A stretch of 64,000 bases of DNA. Origin: Nitrospirota bacterium. GTDB taxonomy: Bacteria > Nitrospirota > UBA9217. The translations under genes and the position numbers were made by a program. The stretch covers positions 992,001 to 1,056,000 of the forward strand of contig CAWJQQ010000009.1 of the NCBI GenBank assembly GCA_963845065.1, read 5' to 3'. The first letter of the stretch is position 1. Each line of letters opens with the position of its first letter. Positions 21,477-29,544 of the stretch are shown here, piece by piece. The notes below the pieces were generated by a model. It saw only the letters and a list, made by a program, of their open reading frames with translations. It had not been told where the DNA came from and did not search any database.

Positions 21477-21930
21477 TAATTAAAAATCGATATGGCTGAA
21501 AGATTTTATAAGGAATTGTGGTATGACAACAATTGGAAAACCTTCCAGTGCTATGCGCTTGGATTGGTAGCGCGATGTATTACTTTACATATCGGATCGA
21601 ATGGTTATTACTGCGAAGAGAAGCATAGAGCTAGTTTCCTCTTTCGGGGGAAAAAGTTACCGGGTCAATGCACAGAAATTTTTTGTGATTTCCTATCTGG
21701 GGGCCGAAAGATATATGATGGAGGTCGGTATAATATAAAGACCAAATTGGCAGATATGGTTAATATAATTCAAATTTGAAATTCTGGTTGAACAGCCTTG
21801 TGCCAGAAATCCAGCTGCGGTCAAACGTAAGAACAATACGATTCAGCATATAGTCACGTTCCAGGAGGCGTTGGAGAAAAAAGTAGTAAAATGGCAACCG
21901 TAAACAGTCTTTCCGAAAAGACAAAATAAG

Positions 21931-22932
21931 ATGAAATCAACGAAAGAATTAATAAAGACTATCGCCGGCTTTTCTTTTCAGAAACTGTCGATGGTTCTGC
22001 CAGACAGAAAAGATCTTAGACTTATTTTTATGTATCATCGGGTAGTGGAAAAGCTTCCGGCTGGGCTCCATGACCCGGCTATGTTTGTTACGGCGAATAC
22101 ACTTGAGATGCACATTCGGGAAATATCACGACATTTCAAGATTGTGCCGATTGACGATGTTATTACAGAGACCGAAGTGGGAAAAAGGTTATGTACATTT
22201 ACGTTTGATGATGGCTGGCATGATAACTATGACACCGCTTTTGCGATTCTAAAAAAATATCACGTACCCGCCACAATTTTTATCCCAGTCAATCTGGTGT
22301 CAAAGCCGCAGGTCTTTTGGTTTAATAATCTGTGGGAATTGGCTTCTCAAGTCGTTTCCCGCGAGCATCGCGAACTATTTATAGAATATTTCAAAAGTTA
22401 TGCTCATTCCTGGCATCCAACGGACATTAGTCTTGAGCAGATTGGTGATTTGGCGAAAGAGCTGAAAAAGCTGCCAGCAAATAAGTTAGACACGATCGTA
22501 CAAAAGGGATATGATCGGCTGGGAATCAAGGTGCACTCATCGGACGCTATCATGAATTGGGAACAAATCCGTGAGATGGGTCGGTTTGGAATTACATTTG
22601 GCTCCCATGGGTTGCATCATAATATTCTCACCCAGCTTGCTTACGATGCTAAATGCGAAGAAGTTGCCAAATCCCTAGATGTGCTGCACCACGCCGACGT
22701 TGCTGTGGCCCCTTTCTTCAGTTATCCAAACGGGGATTGGGACGTTGAGGCGGTATCCATTGTTAAACAGGCTGGTTATAAGGGCGCGGTAACAACAGAG
22801 CTTGGGTTCAATGTAACGTCAACGGACCCATACTTGCTCAAACGAGTCGCTATCCATGAAGATATTAGCCACAACTCGTCGCTATTGTGGTTCAGGATAT
22901 TTCAGGCACTTGTGGCACGGCAATCCGTGTAG
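21931..22932 (+). CDS. Polysaccharide deacetylase (CE4/NodB)
   Basis: MYHRV, TFDDGW, GSHGLHH and FSYPNG. Confidence 0.9.
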   Translation: MKSTKELIKTIAGFSFQKLSMVLPDRKDLRLIFMYHRVVEKLPAGLHDPAMFVTANTLEMHIREISRHFKIVPIDDVITETEVGKRLCTFTFDDGWHDNYDTAFAILKKYHVPATIFIPVNLVSKPQVFWFNNLWELASQVVSREHRELFIEYFKSYAHSWHPTDISLEQIGDLAKELKKLPANKLDTIVQKGYDRLGIKVHSSDAIMNWEQIREMGRFGITFGSHGLHHNILTQLAYDAKCEEVAKSLDVLHHADVAVAPFFSYPNGDWDVEAVSIVKQAGYKGAVTTELGFNVTSTDPYLLKRVAIHEDISHNSSLLWFRIFQALVARQSV

Positions 22933-22953
22933 GGTTGAAATTCCTTACCCAAT

Positions 22954-24096
22954 ATGAAGATATTACATATTATTGACAGCTCCGGACTCTACGGCGCGGA
23001 GATAATGCTGCTGAATCTGATGGAGGAACAGCGGCGAATGAATCTTACTCCAATGCTTATTAGCTTATGTGATTTGGACTGTCAAAGAGATGAGATGGTC
23101 GAAGAAGCAAAAAAGAGGGACTTAACAGCCATCCAATTCAAGATGAAAAGGGGATACAGTCTGAGTAGCGCGATAAAGCTGGTGCGTCAGGCCCAGGAAG
23201 CGCATGTTGCCATTATCCATAGCCATGGCTACAAAGGAGATATTTTAATCGGATCCCTGCCTCGGTACGTAAGAGGAATTCCCATGGTTCGCACTCAACA
23301 TGGCAGGACATCAACAAAGAAACTATCCAAAATATGGTTCTATGAGATCTTAGACTCGCTCATCATGAGGAGGATGGATGCAGTTGTTCGCGTGAACAAG
23401 GCGGATGAGGGTCATCAAAACAACAAGTATCTTACAGGCGCCCATTCCTGTATTATTGAAAACGGCATTCCCCAGTTAAAGTTTGAACCTGAATCAGTCT
23501 TGCGAGCCGATCCTGAAGTGAGTAAATTCTGCAAGGACGGTTTTGTTATCGGGACGATTGCGAGATTATCGGAGGAGAAGGGGTTAATTCACCTCATTGC
23601 CGCACTACTTATCATTTCTCGGCAAAATGCCGCGATGAAGCTTGTTGTTATCGGAGAGGGCACTCTGAGGAAGTCCCTGGAGACAATGGTTAGCGATGCT
23701 GGTCTCTCAGACAAGGTACTATTTGCCGGTTACCGAGATTATGCCTACAACTACCTCCCGTATTTTCATGTTTTTGTTCTCCCATCCCTTACGGAAGGGT
23801 TGCCCATCACGATTTTGGAGGCCATGCAAGCAAAAATACCGATTATAGCATCGCGGGTTGGTGGAATACCTACCGTCTTGGAAGATGGGGAAACGGGAAT
23901 TCTTATAGAGCCGGGAAATCCGAATGCATTGGCAGATGCTATCATGCGGGTATGGTCAGATCCACAGGGTTCGCTGGCGATGGGGCAACGGGCTCGGGAA
24001 ACCGCCTTAACAAAATATTCCAGCAGGCGGATGGCAGAGGATTATCTCCGTGTTTACAATATGATTTTACAGAAGGAGGGGGATACGGATGATTAG
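22954..24096 (+). CDS. Glycosyltransferase family 4
   Basis: GLYGAE, HSHGYK, ARLSEEKG and TEGLPITILEAM. Confidence 0.9.
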   Translation: MKILHIIDSSGLYGAEIMLLNLMEEQRRMNLTPMLISLCDLDCQRDEMVEEAKKRDLTAIQFKMKRGYSLSSAIKLVRQAQEAHVAIIHSHGYKGDILIGSLPRYVRGIPMVRTQHGRTSTKKLSKIWFYEILDSLIMRRMDAVVRVNKADEGHQNNKYLTGAHSCIIENGIPQLKFEPESVLRADPEVSKFCKDGFVIGTIARLSEEKGLIHLIAALLIISRQNAAMKLVVIGEGTLRKSLETMVSDAGLSDKVLFAGYRDYAYNYLPYFHVFVLPSLTEGLPITILEAMQAKIPIIASRVGGIPTVLEDGETGILIEPGNPNALADAIMRVWSDPQGSLAMGQRARETALTKYSSRRMAEDYLRVYNMILQKEGDTDD

Positions 24097-25234
24097 GATT
24101 GTCTTTTTTGGTTGCTTTTTCATGGTGTTATATCCTTACCTTGTGTATCCTGTTTTTTTGAAAATATTGTCCTTGTTCCGTCGCCGGAACGTCCTGAATA
24201 AAGATGTCACGCCTCGAGTGACAGTGATCATTTCAGCATTTAATGAAGAGGATGTTATTGCAAAAAAAATTGAGAACACATTGGCTCTCGATTATCCGAT
24301 AGAGAATGTCCAAATAATCGTCGTGTCCGACAAATCCACGGATAGAACGGACGAAATAGTAAAGCGCTATGAAAGCGAGGGAGTGATTTTGCTGTCCCAG
24401 CCTGTCAGAAAAGGGAAAACCGCTGGTCTGAACGTTGCGGTTAAAAAAGCATGGGGGAAAATTCTTGTGTTTTCCGACGCAGATTCAATGTATGAGACAA
24501 ATGCTTTAAAAATCATCGCAGGCTCGTTGGCGGGCAACAGGCACATTGGATTGGTGACCGGCAGTACTAATTATGTCTCAGAAGGGTATGGTAAAATGGT
24601 CGTGACGACCAGCATCTACGCTCGATTGGAACGATTTATAAAAAAACATGAAAGTATGGTGGGTTCCTGCGTAGGCGCCGATGGGGCCATCTTTGGCATG
24701 CGCAAATCCTTATACGAACCTCTTCAGGATGACGACATCAATGATTTGGTTCTTCCTTTAAAGGTTGTCAAACGGGGTCACAGGGTAGTTTTGCTCGAAC
24801 AACTGACGTGCACAGAAGCTCCTGCCGTTGATGAGAGCGGTGAATTTGGACGGCAAGCACGGATAACCAATCGAACTTTAGTGGCGCTTTTCAGGTATGC
24901 CGATCTGATGAATTTTATCAAGTATCCGCTCTTTAGCTTTGAAGTCATTTCTCACAAGTTGTTAAAGCTGAGTGCACCGTTTTTTATCCTTGCGTTGTTA
25001 CCCTTGAACATCTTCTTGCTTGCCCGGGGGGGTGTCTATTACGCCACACTTTTCGCTCAGATCGCTTGCTATGGATTATGCCTTATCCGGTTATGGCGGG
25101 ATCGAGATGGAAAGAAGCATGCAATTTTCGGTTTTCTGTACCATTTCATCATGGTCAACGTGTCAATACTGGTGGGATGGACTAAATTCCTGTTCGGTCA
25201 AAAAAGCGTCATATGGAATCCTCAGAGACAGTGA
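24089..25234 (+). CDS. Glycosyltransferase family 2
   Basis: AFNEE, SDKSTD, GKTAGLN, DAD and GADGAIF motifs. Confidence 0.9.
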   Translation: MIRIVFFGCFFMVLYPYLVYPVFLKILSLFRRRNVLNKDVTPRVTVIISAFNEEDVIAKKIENTLALDYPIENVQIIVVSDKSTDRTDEIVKRYESEGVILLSQPVRKGKTAGLNVAVKKAWGKILVFSDADSMYETNALKIIAGSLAGNRHIGLVTGSTNYVSEGYGKMVVTTSIYARLERFIKKHESMVGSCVGADGAIFGMRKSLYEPLQDDDINDLVLPLKVVKRGHRVVLLEQLTCTEAPAVDESGEFGRQARITNRTLVALFRYADLMNFIKYPLFSFEVISHKLLKLSAPFFILALLPLNIFLLARGGVYYATLFAQIACYGLCLIRLWRDRDGKKHAIFGFLYHFIMVNVSILVGWTKFLFGQKSVIWNPQRQ

Positions 25235-25288
25235 TTTACTCAATAAACGTTCAGCGGGTAATGATACCGTAATCCGCAAAGCACTGAA

Positions 25289-26923
25289 CCTGTAAACGGC
25301 AGTTAGATATTGCAAATCTAAGATAACTATTGGATACTGTGATACTTCTTATAACAAGGAGGTCTCACCCAATGGGTGACTCGATTTCATCTACGTCTGC
25401 AGATAAAACAGATCGAATTACTGTCGATACCTTTGCAGGAAAAGTACATGTCGAATGGGATCCGACAGCAGCGGTCACGCCATTGGGCCAGCTGGCCTTC
25501 TTTATCGATTTTTTGAAAACAGGCGGTATCTATGAGCCATGGGTAACAGACTGTCCGCTGCACTACACGAGCCCTAACGCGCCCGAGAAACGCGATCTTC
25601 TCGGTACCGTCCTGCTGTCCGTTCTCGCCGGCCACCATCGCTATTCACACATAACGAACGTTCGGAGCGATAACGTCAATCCGGCACTGCTCGGTATGAC
25701 CAAGATAGTGAGCGAAGACACCGTACGGCGGGGATTTAAACAGATGGATGAGCATGCCGGTGTCTCATGGCTTACCGAGCACATGAGGCGATGTTATGAA
25801 TCCCTGTTGTGCATGCCATGGATTATGGATGGTGATACGACGGTCAAGCCGTTGTATGGAAAACAAGAGGGAGCGGTGCTTGGTTACAATCCGCATAAAC
25901 CCGGCAGGCCTTCCCACACCTATCACAGTTACCTGATGGCCAATACACGACTTGTTCTGGATGTAGAGGTGCAGGCCGGGAACAAAACAGCAACGTGTTA
26001 CAGCACTCCGGGGTTATGGAAGCTCCTGGAACGAGTCCCACGCCGTTTTTGGCCCGTCTTTTTCCGGGGGGATTCAGGCTGGGGTACGGACGGCTTCATG
26101 AGTCAGGCGGAAGAAAAAGGCTTGCCCTATCTCGTGAAGCTGCGCCTCACTAAGAATGTACGGAAGCTTATTGAGAAGGCATTTAATAGCAACGACTGGA
26201 CCGATGCCGGTCAGGGATGGGAAGGTGTGGAAGAAACCCTACAACTGTTGGGATGGCTGAAACCCCGTCGCGTTATTATTCTTCGTCGGGCGCTCACGGG
26301 AGACGTAGCAATAAGCCTGAAGCAGAAGGATCAGATAGAACTTGGCATTGTTGAAACGGCCGAAGCAGCCAAGCGATATGAGTATGCGGTACTGGCCACC
26401 ACCCTCGAAGACGAGATCCTCACCATTGCCCAACACTACCGCGATCGTGCGGATGCCGAGAATGTTTTTGATGAGTTGAAGAATCAGTGGGGCTGGGGCG
26501 GATATACGACCCAGGACCTTAAGCGCTGCAGCTTTATGGCGAGGATCGTAGCATTAGTCTACAACTGGTGGTCGCTCTTCGTGCGACTTGCTCATCCGGA
26601 CAAGCACTTGGAGGCAATTACGAGCCGTCCGCTCCTTCTGCATGCGGTTGGCAAACAGACACGCCACCAGGGACAGATTATGGTAACCATCACGAGCACG
26701 CACGCAAAATCTGAGAAAGTTCAGCGCATTCTCGACGAGATATCAAGTTTTTTGGCCATTCTGAAAACAACTGCGGAGCAGTTGACCCCAAGTGAGCGAT
26801 GGCGACGCATCTTAAGCCGTGCATTCTTTAAATTACTGGGCGGGAAACCGTTGCATGATCCTGAACTGCTACCGCTATGGTGTGGATAAGTGGCTCTGAC
26901 TGAGGGCAACTGCTCTTTTTAGG
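25289..26923 (+). mobile_element. Insertion sequence, probably IS1380-like, 1635 bp
   Basis: Imperfect 16-bp terminal inverted repeats (cctgtaaacggcagtt / cctaaaaagagcagtt, 12/16 match) flanked by a CTGAA direct repeat at 25284-25288 and 26924-26928. Confidence 0.85.
25372..26889 (+). CDS. DDE transposase
   Basis: AGGAGG RBS; D-G-D-T-T, RGDSG and YRDRADAENVFDELK (Y..R...E....E.K signature). Confidence 0.9.
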   Translation: MGDSISSTSADKTDRITVDTFAGKVHVEWDPTAAVTPLGQLAFFIDFLKTGGIYEPWVTDCPLHYTSPNAPEKRDLLGTVLLSVLAGHHRYSHITNVRSDNVNPALLGMTKIVSEDTVRRGFKQMDEHAGVSWLTEHMRRCYESLLCMPWIMDGDTTVKPLYGKQEGAVLGYNPHKPGRPSHTYHSYLMANTRLVLDVEVQAGNKTATCYSTPGLWKLLERVPRRFWPVFFRGDSGWGTDGFMSQAEEKGLPYLVKLRLTKNVRKLIEKAFNSNDWTDAGQGWEGVEETLQLLGWLKPRRVIILRRALTGDVAISLKQKDQIELGIVETAEAAKRYEYAVLATTLEDEILTIAQHYRDRADAENVFDELKNQWGWGGYTTQDLKRCSFMARIVALVYNWWSLFVRLAHPDKHLEAITSRPLLLHAVGKQTRHQGQIMVTITSTHAKSEKVQRILDEISSFLAILKTTAEQLTPSERWRRILSRAFFKLLGGKPLHDPELLPLWCG

Positions 26924-27055
26924 CTGAAACGTACCAAAAAAATAACACATCTATACTTTTTTTCGATGGGATTCGTTCATGGGAATTATACAATTCAAAG
27001 ATACAGTCTGCAAAATGAGTTTTTTAACAACCCATGAGAAGGATGATATTCTGCG

Positions 27056-28018
27056 ATGAGGACCTTGATTATTCTTTCTGCCTTTGTAATTATTGTTTCA
27101 GCATGTTCCGGCGGAGGTGGTAGCGGTACCAGCAGCAGTTCAAGTAGCGGCACCAGCAGCAGTTCAAGCAGCGGTACCAGCAGCAGTTCAAGCAGCGGCA
27201 CCAGCAGCAGTTCAAGTAGCGGCACCAGCAGTAGTTCAAGCAGCAGTGGGGGGATTACCTCAGACTACAGTGTGGGTGGTGTTCTATCGGGTCTTTCATC
27301 GACGGTAGTCCTTCAAGACAATGGTACGGATGACCTCTCTGTTGGAACGAATGGTACGTTCACATTTCCTACCTTCCTTGCAGCGGGGGCAACATATACG
27401 ATAACGGTTGAGACACCGCCCTCCGGTCAAATGTGCTTCGTCGGGAACGGCACAGGCATGATTTCAATGGTAAATGTTGCCAACGTGACAGTAACCTGCG
27501 AGGCCTTAAATACCACGAGCTACAGTGTGAACGGCGTTCTATCGGGGCTTTCATCGACAGTTGTCCTTCAAGACAATGGTACGGCTGACATATCAGTAGA
27601 CACAAATGGTCCATTCACATTTCCTACTGTCCTTGCAACGGGGGCAGCATATGAGGTAACGGTCAAGACACAACCTCCTGGGCAAAGCTGCGTCGTCGGA
27701 AATGGCACGGGCATGATTTCAGTGGTTAATATTAACAACGTGACAGTAACCTGTCAGGCGGCCTTAGCGTGGGATGCGCCAATTTCAGATATCGATGGTT
27801 CGATCGTGACCAGCGTGGCGGGTTATAATCTCTACTATGGTACGAATCCCGGCGTTTATACCGGATCGATCGATGTTGGCAACACTACGCAATACGCAAT
27901 TGCGGATTTTTTAGCAGCAGTCCCTCAAGGTGCTACATACTATATTTGTGTAACCGCGTATGATGCTGTCATGATGACGGAAAGCGCTTGCTCGAACGAA
28001 ATAACCCTAAGCAACTGA
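27056..28018 (+). CDS. Lipoprotein: Ser/Gly-rich linker, two ~85-aa beta repeats, C-terminal FN3-like domain
   Basis: Lipobox IVSAC; (GTSSSSSS)n linker; duplicated YSV.G.LSGLSSTVVLQDNGT modules; LAWDAP...GYNLYYGT...VTAYD...ES..SNE. Confidence 0.75.
   Translation: MRTLIILSAFVIIVSACSGGGGSGTSSSSSSGTSSSSSSGTSSSSSSGTSSSSSSGTSSSSSSSGGITSDYSVGGVLSGLSSTVVLQDNGTDDLSVGTNGTFTFPTFLAAGATYTITVETPPSGQMCFVGNGTGMISMVNVANVTVTCEALNTTSYSVNGVLSGLSSTVVLQDNGTADISVDTNGPFTFPTVLATGAAYEVTVKTQPPGQSCVVGNGTGMISVVNINNVTVTCQAALAWDAPISDIDGSIVTSVAGYNLYYGTNPGVYTGSIDVGNTTQYAIADFLAAVPQGATYYICVTAYDAVMMTESACSNEITLSN
27122..27241 (+). repeat. Tandem repeat, 5 x 24 bp
   Basis: Unit agcggYaccagcagYagttcaagY encoding SGTSSSSS. Confidence 0.95.
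27266..27754 (+). repeat. Intragenic duplication, period 255 bp
   Basis: tacagtgtg...cttcaagacaatggtacgg...aacgtgacagtaacctg occurs from 27266 and again from 27521. Confidence 0.85.
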
Positions 28019-28187
28019 GCTGCGGACGCATTCAGTAGCATTGGCGACAGGCTCGGGAAAAAAGAACAATGATCTTCATACCAACCTGATCAAATAAATG
28101 TGTAGCATCTGTCGATGCTTCGTCAACAAGTCCCACCGCTAAAGGTATCTCGAGGTGGATATGATTCTGCCCCCCACTTTCCTGCTC

Positions 28188-28562
28188 TTATTGCGTTTTC
28201 GCAAGACTTAAACTAATTTCGTTAGAATAGACGCTCTCGTTTCCAGCAGTATCATAGGCAGTCACTGCGATATAGTAAGAGCCAGGGAGCGGTACAGATG
28301 AGGAAAGAGTAGTGACTGAAAGTGAGGTTACATTCCCGACATCTATAGATGCGGTATATCTGCCCGACACAGTACCATAGTATATTTTATAACCTGTAAG
28401 ATTGGTAATGAGCGAACCATCAGTGTTCGTTGTCGGTGCAGCCCACATCAGTGTTTTGGCTACGTTGTCGGAGGGCAATGCCGATTGGCCGCCTCCTCCG
28501 CATCCTGCAAGGGACACAATGAGTATTGTAATAAAGGTAAATGAGACTATACGCGTGTACAT
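28188..28562 (-). CDS. Small lipoprotein consisting of one FN3-like domain
   Basis: Lipobox LAGC; LMWAAPTTNTDGS..GYKIYYGT..SIDVGN..YYIAVTAYD..NES.YSNE, clearly homologous to the C-terminus of 27056-28018. Confidence 0.75.
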   Translation of the reverse strand: MYTRIVSFTFITILIVSLAGCGGGGQSALPSDNVAKTLMWAAPTTNTDGSLITNLTGYKIYYGTVSGRYTASIDVGNVTSLSVTTLSSSVPLPGSYYIAVTAYDTAGNESVYSNEISLSLAKTQ

Positions 28563-29028
28563 TGTTGGACTCTCCGACTTAACCGAACAGATTACTGAGT
28601 ATCAATAATCTTCAATTAATATATTAAAATATGTATATTTTTGTGCTAATATATACTAAAAAAAGCTATATGCTTTTGCAAAAAATAGTGTTACATACAA
28701 AACTGAACGGAATTATTATCGTGGCTGCAAATTAAAACATCCAAAATTATGACGGAGCATAAGAGTGATTAAGGCCTATGAGCTTAAGCATTTTGCCAAT
28801 CGTGGCAAAGTAAACAAAGCTCCTGTCAAATATGGAGCGTAGTACACGCCACTATAGGATGGCTCCGGGCTTACTGTCGTCGAATACTTATTTTGCAGGA
28901 CCGCTGGCACAGCCCAAAGGGTTTTTATAGGTAGTAATGGTTTTCTATAAAAGTTCGTACTATTGTACGTCGATAATTTCTCCTTGACAAGAAAATAAGA
29001 TTGAGAAAAGCTACTTTACTTTATCGCC

Positions 29029-29497
29029 GGGAATTCCCCTTCCGAGGAGGGGATGAAAGACGACATTTGCGACAAGATAAGACCTCCCATAACCTCGTAT
29101 AGTACCTATGGGCACATAGTGGCCGAAGACCTGAACATCAAAGGTATGGTAAAGGACCATTACCTTGCCAAATTAATATCAGATGTTGGATGGGGACAAT
29201 TTCTCAATTATCTTGCATATAAAGCGGAAGAAGCTGGGTGCAAGTCTGAGAAAACCGCTCCTTAACACACAAGCATCATTTGCAGCTGTTGTGGAGAACA
29301 AGTCCCCAAAACGCTTGCCGAAAGGGTGCATAGTTGCCCTTTCTGTTAGACCGTTCTGGAACGTGACCGCAACGCTGCAATAAATATTCTGGAAAAGTCT
29401 GCGGCAGGAACTGCCGTAATCTACGCTTGGGGAGAGGTGGTGCATCAATACCCCTCAACGAACCTAGAAGCCTTGTCCGTGGGGTGAGGTGGTTCAC
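29029..29497 (+). pseudogene. tnpB: Internally deleted IS200/IS605 element with tnpB 3' remnant
   Basis: Left-end hairpin followed by GGGATGAAAG. One frame reads EDLNIKGM..LAKLISDVGWGQF..KAE*..CSCCG..CPFC*..DRNAAINIL, with stops at 29263 and 29347. Ends GGTGGTTCAC. Confidence 0.85.
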
Positions 29498-29544
29498 AAA
29501 ATGAAACCACCACAGTACGTACCACGTATTAACGTGACGCCGAC

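Noticed and set aside
21492..21779. 95-aa ORF between glycosyltransferase and deacetylase genes
   Set aside because: No recognisable motif; lies in AT-rich sequence next to an IS-end relic, so probably decayed DNA.
27122..27241. 24-bp repeats as a CRISPR array
   Set aside because: Head-to-tail with no spacers, in frame within a CDS, and no cas genes nearby.
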